64,000 nucleotides of DNA from Bacteroidales bacterium (GTDB lineage Bacteria; Bacteroidota; Bacteroidia; Bacteroidales; SZUA-534): assembly GCA_045640185.1 (NCBI GenBank), contig JAZUEN010000020.1:114681-178680 (forward strand), read 5' to 3'. Each line of letters begins with the position of its first letter. Position 1 is the first letter of the stretch. Position numbers and translations under genes: made by a program. The notes beneath the pieces are model-generated. The model did not search any database. It was not told the origin of the DNA and saw only the letters and a list, made by a program, of their open reading frames with translations. This document shows positions 8,667-17,051 of this stretch, piece by piece.

Positions 8667-9252
8667 TAGTCCAATTTTTCAGTGTCACATTCTTCCTCTT
8701 GAAAATCACATATGCGACGGCAATTGACAAAACTGCAACAACCGCAACATACAATTGCATATAGTCACCCAAAAGCTCTGCCAAGGAATGCATGCCTTTA
8801 AATGCAAAAACAAATCCTCCCCACAGGAGTGCCGTAAAGCGACTCAATACCAAGCACAACAACCAATAAACGGAAAAGATAGCAATCAACATCGGAATAG
8901 GACATAATTGTTCAATGTCAAACATCATTCCAACGAAACACATCAAAACACAAGGAAAAATGCCGAAAGCCAGCAACCGGCTCAAATATTTCTCGAATAC
9001 CGACGCAGGAGTCACCATTTCAAACAAGCACTTGTTTTTTGTACAAAACATTGCAAGCCACCCCATAGTGCATGACATCAATACAGCAACAATAGCGCAA
9101 AGGCCGGGGAATTGCCAGATACCCGTCATTGCTCCAATTGCACAACCTACAGCCAGTAAGCCAAACAACAATATCAGAAGAATTCCCATCTCATATACGA
9201 CATGCTTCTGATACATCCAATATCTGCCAAAGTCAAAAAAATCGTTTTTCAT
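8647..9252 (-). CDS. Integral membrane protein (putative permease component 2 of the ABC system)
   Basis: 201 aa with about 6 hydrophobic helices. It shares the motif TPASVFEKYLSRLLAF with its neighbour (LPSSNLEKFLSRILVY), suggesting the two are paralogs. Confidence 0.55.
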   Translation of the reverse strand: MKNDFFDFGRYWMYQKHVVYEMGILLILLFGLLAVGCAIGAMTGIWQFPGLCAIVAVLMSCTMGWLAMFCTKNKCLFEMVTPASVFEKYLSRLLAFGIFPCVLMCFVGMMFDIEQLCPIPMLIAIFSVYWLLCLVLSRFTALLWGGFVFAFKGMHSLAELLGDYMQLYVAVVAVLSIAVAYVIFKRKNVTLKNWTNGFQQR

Positions 9253-9256
9253 AACA

Positions 9257-10084
9257 CTAACATATTACCATATTACAGAATATTCCATAGGCACGACGGA
9301 AGAAGTACAAGCCTATTGCGCCTATCGCCAAACTCACATAGAAGATGAAACTCTCGGTCGTGGCCACACTCATGCTACTGTAGAACACCTTGCCTATAGC
9401 CTCCTCAAAGCCCCATATCAAACCGCCCAGCAAAATGATTGATAAAGACGAGCCCGCCATTTTGTCGCGAAAGCTGAACGCTGAAAAGAAGAGAATGCCG
9501 ACAATGCCAACAAAGAACATGAAATCGCCAAAAGCACTCGAGCTTATGCCGACCCTAATGGAATCGACCGGATGCTTGCCAATAACCACATCATTGAATC
9601 GGCCATGCTGAATTTCGAACACAGAGTCGTCGCGATAAGTAATTGATAAATTGCTCAATGAATTGGTTACTTCGATATCTTCGGGATGAAACAGCTCCAT
9701 ATTCCCGGCACTTTTCGCCACACTGAATTGCTGAGCGAAAAACGTTCCATGAACAGGACTTGCAACAAGCTTCATGCAACATATCAGCATCAGTGGCAGG
9801 CAAATATAGACCAATATGCGAGAGAGAAACTTTTCAAGGTTTGATGAAGGCAACAGCAAATATTGGGCAAGAGCCTTATCGTAATTAAAAAAAAGACGAA
9901 AGCACCATATCACACAAAAAGCATACACAAAACCATAAATGAAGCCATCCATATCAAGCCGGAAGTAATTATCGGCCAGTGCAAAAGCGTTTGCCAAGAC
10001 AATAAAGCCAATTACTAAAGCAAGCATAAAACGACAATAGATGAACTCTCTGACAATATTCATCCATAATAATTTCCAATTCAT
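9257..10084 (-). CDS. Integral membrane protein (putative permease component 1 of the ABC system)
   Basis: 275 aa with hydrophobic helices at both ends and a central roughly 90-aa loop. It lies 3 nt after the ATPase gene. Confidence 0.55.
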   Translation of the reverse strand: MNWKLLWMNIVREFIYCRFMLALVIGFIVLANAFALADNYFRLDMDGFIYGFVYAFCVIWCFRLFFNYDKALAQYLLLPSSNLEKFLSRILVYICLPLMLICCMKLVASPVHGTFFAQQFSVAKSAGNMELFHPEDIEVTNSLSNLSITYRDDSVFEIQHGRFNDVVIGKHPVDSIRVGISSSAFGDFMFFVGIVGILFFSAFSFRDKMAGSSLSIILLGGLIWGFEEAIGKVFYSSMSVATTESFIFYVSLAIGAIGLYFFRRAYGIFCNMVIC

Positions 10085-10087
10085 AGC

Positions 10088-10879
10088 CTATAGGTTTTGC
10101 AGTGTTGACTGTTGAAAGGCATTCCTGACTACTTCATCGCCGGTCACAATAGCCTCAAACAGCGTTTCAATGTCGATATTGGTCTCCTCACCCGAATTGT
10201 CAACAGGCATCACCTGCCCATTTCTGAAAGCAAGCCTTTGGCTAATCTCAGTAGTGCCATGGTTGAAAATTATCTCTTTATTGTTGAGCACCATAATCTG
10301 GTCGATGAGGTTCTCCACATCACGCACCTGGTGAGTGGATATTATTACAGTCTTGTCGTCGGTCATGCACGATGCGACAACCTTGCGGAACTGCTTCTTC
10401 GAAGGAATGTCGAGGCCATTGGTTGGCTCGTCGAGCAACAATAGCGATGTGTTGGTGGCAAGGGCGAAACAAACGAAGACCTTCTTCTTGGTCCCCATCG
10501 ACAACTTTCTGAGGTCAAGGTCCATGTCGAGTTCAAAGCCTTTCAGGCAACTGTCCAGTATCTCATGGCTGAAGTTTGGGTAATAACCGGCATTGGCCTT
10601 TACAAACTTCATAAGCGAAACCGGAGGAAGGTCAAACTCCTCTGGCACAAGAAACATGTCCTCAAGAGCCGAAGGAAGGCGTTGCGACATATCCTTGCCC
10701 TTGAATGACACCGTACCATGCTTGGCACGTAGCAAACCGCTCATCAGATATAGAAGCGTCGATTTCCCCTCGCCGTTCTTGCCCAATAAGCCGTATATCT
10801 TGCCAGCCTCAAATTCAACGTTTAAGTTGCGGAACACCTCGTGTCTCCTATAACCAAACTGCAGATTCTGTATCTTCAT
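10088..10879 (-). CDS. ABC transporter ATP-binding protein
   Basis: Walker A GKNGEGKST, signature LSMGTKKK, Walker B LLLLDEPTNGLD and an H-loop STHQ. Confidence 0.9.
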   Translation of the reverse strand: MKIQNLQFGYRRHEVFRNLNVEFEAGKIYGLLGKNGEGKSTLLYLMSGLLRAKHGTVSFKGKDMSQRLPSALEDMFLVPEEFDLPPVSLMKFVKANAGYYPNFSHEILDSCLKGFELDMDLDLRKLSMGTKKKVFVCFALATNTSLLLLDEPTNGLDIPSKKQFRKVVASCMTDDKTVIISTHQVRDVENLIDQIMVLNNKEIIFNHGTTEISQRLAFRNGQVMPVDNSGEETNIDIETLFEAIVTGDEVVRNAFQQSTLQNL

Positions 10880-10905
10880 AACAATTGTATTTTTACATCG
10901 TTTTA

Positions 10906-10931
10906 TAGTGTTATAGATATATATAACACTA
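10906..10931. promoter_or_regulatory. 26-bp near-perfect palindrome, candidate operator of the ABC/GntR operon
   Basis: TAGTGTTATA-GATATA-TATAACACTA has perfect 10-bp arms. It lies 27 nt upstream of the ABC ATG (10879). On the minus strand it abuts a -7-like TAACATTTG (10932-10940). Confidence 0.5.
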
Positions 10932-11083
10932 CAAATGTTATGAATAATTATTACACCACCAAATGTTTTTTACAATTTTTAGCAAAGACAAACGTATCAT
11001 GCTAATATTATGCAAGATATAGTACCAAACACTTTATTTCCGCCCAAATTATACAACTCGGCTTGAAAACCCGCAATTGACAT

Positions 11084-11091
11084 TATCTTTG
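11084..11091 (+). promoter_or_regulatory. Bacteroidota -7 promoter box (TATCTTTG) for the LytTR gene
   Basis: It matches TAnnTTTG and lies 17 nt upstream of the ATG at 11108. Confidence 0.5.
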
Positions 11092-11107
11092 CGTGAACGA
11101 AAAAGAC

Positions 11108-11905
11108 ATGTCAATTAAAGGATTCTTCAATAATCGCATAGCATACCACGATGTGAACATGTGGGTAATGGGTGCCGCATACGGAGTGGCAGTGTACCTC
11201 ATACTCGTCATTCTGCAACCATTCGGCATATCGATGCATGGCGACGGCCGTTTCGTCAAAATGTTGCCATTCGCCTTTGTCACAATGGCCGGATGCATTG
11301 CTCCTTACTATATCCTGCCACTGGCAAAAAAGGACTTCTTCTATGTAGAAGACTGGACTCGAGGACGATACGCCATACTGCTGCTGGCCATAATTACAAT
11401 CATCTCGATAGGCAACATGGCGATATTCGTATTCGTGCTCGGAGCACCCGTGACGCTGAAAGTGGCTTGGGTTGCGACATGGCAGACATTGGCAATGTGG
11501 TGCATGATATTCGGCATTATAATGCTGCTTCCTGAAAAGAAGAAACAAGCATCTAAGATCCAAGAAGCGCCACAAGCGATTGTTGTCAGAGGCTCCGGCA
11601 AAAACGAGGAACTGACAATAAGAATGGATACCCTGCTATACGTGGAGTCGGCACGCAACTACTGCAACATAGTCACCACCGAAGGCGAGACACAGATTCG
11701 CTCCACAATGACAGCCATCGAAGAGCAGCTAGCTGAATGTAAGACGGTAAGAAAATGCCACAGAGCCTATCTGGCAAACACGGCAAACGTAATGACAATA
11801 AGCGGCAACAGCACTACAGGCCACAAGATGATAATGAAGGGCGGACTGCATTCAGTACCCATCTCCCGTCAGTACGTTAAAGAGATGATGGCCTTGTGCG
11901 AGTGA
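11108..11905 (+). CDS. Membrane-anchored LytTR-domain DNA-binding protein
   Basis: The N-terminal roughly 150 aa has 4 hydrophobic helices. The C-terminal LytTR block is IRMDTLLYVESARNYCNIVTTEGETQIRSTMTAIEEQL.....RKCHRAYLAN...V...SG..........GG..VPISRQY. There is no receiver domain. ATG 11108 is preferred over GTG 11093 because of the -7 box position. Confidence 0.8.
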   Translation: MSIKGFFNNRIAYHDVNMWVMGAAYGVAVYLILVILQPFGISMHGDGRFVKMLPFAFVTMAGCIAPYYILPLAKKDFFYVEDWTRGRYAILLLAIITIISIGNMAIFVFVLGAPVTLKVAWVATWQTLAMWCMIFGIIMLLPEKKKQASKIQEAPQAIVVRGSGKNEELTIRMDTLLYVESARNYCNIVTTEGETQIRSTMTAIEEQLAECKTVRKCHRAYLANTANVMTISGNSTTGHKMIMKGGLHSVPISRQYVKEMMALCE

Positions 11906-12053
11906 TGGAGCAACACGTCCACTTGCATCCTTCGGGAAACACAATATATGAAAATAGGATTCCTTGCTTTCCGAATCACCTCCCAATAAAACTGACAAGC
12001 GTGGCAACCCGTCAGCCGATAGAGGCCTTAGCGGACTATTTTTCGGTTGTGCA

Positions 12054-12170
12054 CCCATTTTGCCCAAAATGAATACTTGCACTCAGCGGCACTACAAACA
12101 GCAATACATAAGCCATTCGTCCCAAAATGGGGCTTGCCATTCGTCCCAAAAACCGCATTTCGGCACAAAA
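12054..12170 (+). repeat. Tract of direct repeats (CCATTyGnCCCAAAA) upstream of the redox-membrane operon
   Basis: The exact 16-mer GCCATTCGTCCCAAAA occurs at 12112-12127 and 12136-12151 (24-bp period). Degenerate copies are CCCATTTTGCCCAAAA (12054-12069) and GCATTTCGGCACAAAA (about 12154-12170). Confidence 0.7.
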
Positions 12171-12264
12171 TCGCAGACTCGTCTCCTGTATATCCCACAT
12201 GTTTTGCAGAGCGAAAAAAGCGAAGTTTCTTTGCCGACGTGATTCAAACAAAAATCGATAAAAA

Positions 12265-12870
12265 ATGATTGAAGGATTACTGATTGGATTGAGTGTTGGC
12301 GCATCGTGCTTAGCTTCATGTGGACCGCTTGTGGTATCGGTCATCATGAAAAACGCGCCTACCACAATGGGCGCATACGCATACCTGGGAAAGTTTCTGG
12401 GCGGACGGCTCATGGCATATATGACAATTGCGCTCGCCATTGGCTTGATGAACAACGTGGAGTGGCAGACGCGGAATTTCGTGGCCACAACCTCACTGCT
12501 GGCAGGTGCCTTGATGTTGGCAAACGCATTTGTGAAACTACCGACACGCTGCGCCAAAGGAAAAGGCATAAAGAACCTTGTGCGCCAGCACGCGCCACAT
12601 ATATATGTACCCACATTAGGATTCATCTCTGCAATAAACGCCTGCCCGCCAATCGTGGCTACGGCAACATCGGCAATAGGCGCGTCAACAATGTCCGAAG
12701 GCATGATGACTTTCGTCATGTTCTTCATCGGATCATCGGTGTACATGCTACCGCTCCCGCTCATATCAATGGCCAAGGACAAAGGAGCTCTGCAGACGAT
12801 AGGCAAATTCGCCTCGGCCATTGTAGGCATAGTGATGATTACAAAAGGTGTCTTAAGTTTTGACTTATAA
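12265..12870 (+). CDS. DsbD_2 / TauE-SafE-like polytopic membrane protein
   Basis: 201 aa. N-terminal helix GLLIGLSVGASCLASCGPLV (the CxxxCGP motif typical of the DsbD_2 / UreH-like transmembrane family) and about 6 TM helices. The 296-aa ORF on the opposite strand is judged spurious. Confidence 0.55.
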   Translation: MIEGLLIGLSVGASCLASCGPLVVSVIMKNAPTTMGAYAYLGKFLGGRLMAYMTIALAIGLMNNVEWQTRNFVATTSLLAGALMLANAFVKLPTRCAKGKGIKNLVRQHAPHIYVPTLGFISAINACPPIVATATSAIGASTMSEGMMTFVMFFIGSSVYMLPLPLISMAKDKGALQTIGKFASAIVGIVMITKGVLSFDL

Positions 12871-12931
12871 ACAGAAACATGGCGCACCGCGCCCAAATTA
12901 TAAAACAGCAAATAGTTAAAAATCAAAAAAA

Positions 12932-14056
12932 ATGAAAAACAAACTTTATTCTACAGGCAGCATATTGAGAAGCACACTGCTTACGCTGCCAATGGTACTG
13001 ATAAGCATGATGATGCTAAGCAAGGGTGGCGCGGCCCTGGCTACAAAAGCCGACGGTATCGCCTATCTGGCGACAACACTGTTCTACAGCGCAATGTTCT
13101 TCATGATGCTCTACAAGGGAGCGATAGACAAATGGAGGGCCATAGCATTCACCATTTCGGCAGTGCTGTTCTCGGTGTCGTTCATGCACAACCTCATCGG
13201 GCTGCGTGGCTCGGTAACCTACTCCAGCGAAGAGACCATGATGTGCGAGCTGCCATTTTGCCACATCGTCACAACAATGGTGGTGATCCCTGCGGCGATA
13301 AAGCAGACAATAATATTCCCGGGAAGCATACTGTCGGGCTTCGCATCAATATCGGCAATGTTCGTCATTGTGTTCGGCTCGTCAATAATCTTGGGCAGAG
13401 GATTCTGTTCATGGGGATGCTTCTACGGCGGATGGGACGACGGGTTCAGCCGTGTTGCCCGCAAGCCTGTCATAAAGGCCGTCAATGCAACATATCGCTG
13501 GTTCGCATTCGCAATGCTGATAGTGATGGCACTATGGTCGGCAGCCACACTCGTGCCCGAATACTGCAACTGGCTGTGCCCGTTCAAGCTCGTCACCGAA
13601 CGCGACGCAATTGTCGACACCGAGTCCCTTATCAAGAATATAATAATGATGACCCTCTTTGCCGCCCTAGTGGTAGTCTTGCCCATACTGACCAAAAAGA
13701 GAGTGCAATGCGCCACATTCTGCCCGATGGGTGCCTTTGTGTCGCTATTCAACAAAGTGAGCATCTTTCAGGTTAAAAACAACGAGAGCAAATGCATAGG
13801 ATGTGGCAAATGCCAGAAAATCTGCCCACTGCTTGCCATAAGCAAAGACAACAAGCCAATGCTAAACTGCACAAAATGCGGCAAATGCGTCGACCAATGC
13901 CCGACTGGCGCAATGCAGTTCCACATAAAAGGCACACCCATGGGAAGTAAGATGACTACAGCACGACTTTTGTTCCTCTATCCCGCCTACATACTGATGG
14001 TTACACTGCTTGGCGGAAGTGCAATGGATGCCATAAAATTAATTTTAGGTTATTAA
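12932..14056 (+). CDS. Membrane-bound 4Fe-4S polyferredoxin (NapH/NosR/MauN-like)
   Basis: TM helices with membrane-proximal Cys motifs CSWGCFYGG, CNWLCPF and CATFCPMG. Two C-terminal ferredoxin motifs: CIGCGKCQKICP and CTKCGKCVDQCP. Confidence 0.8.
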   Translation: MKNKLYSTGSILRSTLLTLPMVLISMMMLSKGGAALATKADGIAYLATTLFYSAMFFMMLYKGAIDKWRAIAFTISAVLFSVSFMHNLIGLRGSVTYSSEETMMCELPFCHIVTTMVVIPAAIKQTIIFPGSILSGFASISAMFVIVFGSSIILGRGFCSWGCFYGGWDDGFSRVARKPVIKAVNATYRWFAFAMLIVMALWSAATLVPEYCNWLCPFKLVTERDAIVDTESLIKNIIMMTLFAALVVVLPILTKKRVQCATFCPMGAFVSLFNKVSIFQVKNNESKCIGCGKCQKICPLLAISKDNKPMLNCTKCGKCVDQCPTGAMQFHIKGTPMGSKMTTARLLFLYPAYILMVTLLGGSAMDAIKLILGY

Positions 14057-14081
14057 GTTCTAAACAATAAGTTTTGAAATC

Positions 14082-14483
14082 ATGAAATACATATCAAAGA
14101 CAATAGCAGGATTTATGACAATAGCAATGATGCTGATTTTCATAAACATGGAAGGATGGATGCAGATGGCGGCAAAACTGCCATTCATGAAAATAGACCC
14201 TTGGATTTCGGGTGGCGAAGTGACCGACTCGATAGTTGGCGACAATTACAAGATAATGATACACGAGGCTGTATATCAGGGACTTTTTACCGAAGACAGG
14301 AATGGCTACGTGCAGCTTGACGTCAACGGCAGCTACAGCGACACCATTGCAATTGGCAATGTGCAATATAAGCTGGACGCCGACAGCACACAGATTACGT
14401 TGCAAGATGCCGGGACTGGCAATGACGTGCCCGTCAAGAAGTGCAAATCAGACGGCAAGTGGATTATACGCGTGAACATATAA
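14082..14483 (+). CDS. Small exported or membrane-anchored protein, unknown function
   Basis: 133 aa with an N-terminal hydrophobic helix (IAGFMTIAMMLIFI) and a beta-rich C-terminal part. It lies 25 nt after the polyferredoxin gene on the same strand. Confidence 0.5.
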   Translation: MKYISKTIAGFMTIAMMLIFINMEGWMQMAAKLPFMKIDPWISGGEVTDSIVGDNYKIMIHEAVYQGLFTEDRNGYVQLDVNGSYSDTIAIGNVQYKLDADSTQITLQDAGTGNDVPVKKCKSDGKWIIRVNI

Positions 14484-14581
14484 AAAGCACGCAATCGAAT
14501 TGATAATTAGACCTTTAACACACATACACGATAGCCAAAGCCACATCTGCCCACACTCGACCCTTAATTCACAATTAGCAT

Positions 14582-14589
14582 TATCTTTG
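14582..14589 (+). promoter_or_regulatory. Bacteroidota -7 promoter box (TATCTTTG)
   Basis: It matches TAnnTTTG and lies 25 nt upstream of the ATG at 14614. Confidence 0.5.
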
Positions 14590-14613
14590 CAGAAACAAAA
14601 AAACATCAGCCGT

Positions 14614-15294
14614 ATGGATATGCATTTCAAAAGAATATTCATTTTGGCCCTGACAATATCGGCTTCTGCAATGTCGTTTGCGCAAGAGGCATTGGGCGAA
14701 TTCAGCAAAATCAGGGTTCAGGGGCGCATCGAGCTAAGCATAAAATATGGACAGCCTAAAGGCATTTCGGTCAATGCCGACGACAACCTTAAACAGGCCG
14801 TTCAGTACAGCGTGGCCGACGGTTGCCTCGACATAAAGGCGCAGCAGGCGATACCACGAGGCACAATGGTAGTGGCAGTGGTCTCGTGCCCGACAATCAG
14901 CGAAATAGAGATTGGCGGTGGCGCAAGATGCTTCAACAGCGGAACCATCAAAGAGCCCACACTGACACTAATTGCAGGCGCCGCAACCGAATTCGACCTG
15001 CTTGTCGATATCGATTCAGCTTCAGTCAAGGTGATGCGAGGCGGATTTGCACGCCTGACAGGCAATGCACGCTCAGCCTACATCAAGACCTCGACAGGAG
15101 GCTCGTATGTGGCCGACGAAATGGACTGCAAGACACTTGTCGCCGACATGAACGGCGGAGGAATCGCACGTGTCAAGGTCAGCGAAACCATCAATGCCAA
15201 CCTGGCGCCAAAAGCGAGAATGATCTACGTCGGCTCGCCAAAAATCATCGAAACCGAAACATCAAAGGGAGAAATAACCAACGAAGAGGATTGA
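14614..15294 (+). CDS. DUF2807 / head GIN-domain (putative auto-transporter adhesin head) protein
   Basis: Signal peptide [24 protein letters not shown]. Repeated beta-solenoid-like rungs follow (...[13 protein letters not shown]..., ...[14 protein letters not shown]..., ...[11 protein letters not shown]...). The start was moved to 14614 on the basis of the signal peptide and promoter box. Confidence 0.6.
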   Translation: MDMHFKRIFILALTISASAMSFAQEALGEFSKIRVQGRIELSIKYGQPKGISVNADDNLKQAVQYSVADGCLDIKAQQAIPRGTMVVAVVSCPTISEIEIGGGARCFNSGTIKEPTLTLIAGAATEFDLLVDIDSASVKVMRGGFARLTGNARSAYIKTSTGGSYVADEMDCKTLVADMNGGGIARVKVSETINANLAPKARMIYVGSPKIIETETSKGEITNEED

Positions 15295-15295
15295 C

Positions 15296-15907
15296 ATGGA
15301 AATAAATTCAGCAGACTTCGTCATCAGCAACACCGACTACAAGAAATGCCCCCAGCCGACATTGCCTGAATATGCCTTCATAGGCCGCTCAAACGTCGGC
15401 AAGAGTTCATTGATAAATATGCTGACAAACAACCAGAAACTGGCAAAGGTGTCGGGAAAGCCCGGCAAGACGCAGACCATCAACCACTTTCTCATAAACA
15501 AGAATTGGTATCTGGTCGACCTGCCTGGATACGGGTACGCGCAGACAGCAAAGAAGGACCGTCAAGTGTGGCAGACATTCATTGGCGAATACATCCGCAA
15601 CCGCGAGAACCTGTCGTGCCTGTTCATACTAATCGACTGCCGGCACGAGCCGCTTGCCATCGACCTGAACTTCATCCACTGGGCTGGCGAAAAAGGCATT
15701 CCGATAGCGCTCGTGTTCACCAAGGCCGACAAGCTGTCAAAATCAGCCTTGCAAAAAAACATCGAACTCTACAAGCAACGGCTATTGGAAGATTGGGAAG
15801 AACTTCCCCCCGTATTCTGTACATCGTCTGAAAAACAAATCGGCAAAGGCGAAATACTGGACTTCATTGAATCGGTAAACGATAGTATTTGTAATTCAGC
15901 AGGTTAA
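15296..15907 (+). CDS. engB: Ribosome biogenesis GTP-binding protein YihA/EngB
   Basis: G1 [13 protein letters not shown]3 DLPGYG and G4 TKADK, at about 200 aa. Confidence 0.9.
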   Translation: MEINSADFVISNTDYKKCPQPTLPEYAFIGRSNVGKSSLINMLTNNQKLAKVSGKPGKTQTINHFLINKNWYLVDLPGYGYAQTAKKDRQVWQTFIGEYIRNRENLSCLFILIDCRHEPLAIDLNFIHWAGEKGIPIALVFTKADKLSKSALQKNIELYKQRLLEDWEELPPVFCTSSEKQIGKGEILDFIESVNDSICNSAG

Positions 15908-15970
15908 AAAGGTTGTTAATTTTTTGAGCACAATGTTTCAAAAAAGCATAACTCCTATGCAAATAATTTA

Positions 15971-15978
15971 TAATTTTG
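15971..15978 (+). promoter_or_regulatory. Bacteroidota -7 promoter box (TAATTTTG) upstream of prs
   Basis: It matches TAnnTTTG and lies about 45 nt upstream of the prs ATG. Confidence 0.4.
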
Positions 15979-16022
15979 CTGATGTTGATATCTAAAAACA
16001 ACTATCAGAAAATCAATTGATT

Positions 16023-16958
16023 ATGTTATCTGCGCCAATTAAATTATTCTCAGGTACCGCAACACGTTATCTTGCTGAAAAAATTGCAGACAGCTATGGA
16101 TTGACATTAGGTCGCACTTTGGTGCAACATTTTGCCGACGGCGAATTTGCAACTTCATACGAAGAAACAGTGCGAGGCGCCAACGCCTTCATCATCCAAT
16201 CGACATTCCAGCCAAGCGACAACCTGCTTGAACTGCTAATGATGATTGATGCCGCAAAACGGGCATCGGCCTACAAGATTATTGCCGTAATGCCCTACTT
16301 CGGATTTGCCCGTCAAGACCGCAAAGACCGCCCAAGAGTTTCAATTGGCGCCAAACTGGTAGCCGACTTGCTTACAGCCGCCGGCGTTTCGCGCGTCATA
16401 ACAATGGACCTGCACGCCGACCAGATACAGGGCTTCTTCAACTTGCCAGTCGACCACTTGTACGCTTCTTCGATATTTGTGCCTTACTTGCGTAGCCAAA
16501 ACATCGAAAACCTGACAATCGCCGCCCCTGACATGGGTGGTTCAAAACGCGCAAACGCATACTCACAATACCTCAACGCACCAATGGTTATCGGACACAA
16601 GCATCGTGCAAAAGCCAACGTGGTTGACGAACTCCGCATCATTGGCGATGTAAAGGACCGCAACGTCGTAATTATCGACGACATGATTGACACTGCAGGC
16701 ACAATCACCAAGGCCGCACAAGTCATAATGGACCAAGGAGCAAGCAGCGTACGCGTCATGGCTACACACCCGATACTTTCGGGGCCAGCCTACGAACGTC
16801 TGATGGACTCTCCTATATGCGAAGTCATAACAACCGACACCATTCCTCTGAAGCAGGAATGCAACAAAATAACCGTGCTCTCGGTTGCCGACCTGTTCGC
16901 AAACACAATCAAAAGCGTATATCAGGAACGCTCAATAAGTTCGAACTTCATTTTCTAG
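16023..16958 (+). CDS. prs: Ribose-phosphate pyrophosphokinase
   Basis: IKLFSGTATRYLAEKIA, ...MPYFGFARQDRK..., DLHADQIQGFF and the PRPP-binding loop VVIIDDMIDTAGT. ATG 16023 is preferred to TTG 16017. Confidence 0.9.
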   Translation: MLSAPIKLFSGTATRYLAEKIADSYGLTLGRTLVQHFADGEFATSYEETVRGANAFIIQSTFQPSDNLLELLMMIDAAKRASAYKIIAVMPYFGFARQDRKDRPRVSIGAKLVADLLTAAGVSRVITMDLHADQIQGFFNLPVDHLYASSIFVPYLRSQNIENLTIAAPDMGGSKRANAYSQYLNAPMVIGHKHRAKANVVDELRIIGDVKDRNVVIIDDMIDTAGTITKAAQVIMDQGASSVRVMATHPILSGPAYERLMDSPICEVITTDTIPLKQECNKITVLSVADLFANTIKSVYQERSISSNFIF

Positions 16959-16980
16959 AAAAATAAATGCTTAAAGCCAG

Positions 16981-17017
16981 GCCCCGAATCAAAAAAGATT
17001 CGGGGCTTGTTGTTTTG
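16981..17017 (+). terminator. Rho-independent terminator of prs
   Basis: A perfect 10-bp stem, GCCCCGAATC (16981-16990) / GATTCGGGGC (16997-17006), followed by TTGTTGTTTTG. Confidence 0.8.
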
Positions 17018-17051
17018 TGCAGATATGACTATCTTACGGAACAAGTTATTA

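Noticed and set aside
12036-12926. 296-aa ORF on the minus strand covering the whole DsbD_2-like gene
   Set aside because: This is an antisense shadow ORF. The plus-strand frame has the CxxxCGP helix, regular TM helices and operon context. The minus-strand peptide has no motif, an odd composition and no promoter or start context.
13132-13776. 214-aa ORF in an alternative plus frame of the polyferredoxin gene
   Set aside because: It is an Arg/His-rich out-of-frame product. The 12932-14056 frame carries all the Fe-S motifs.
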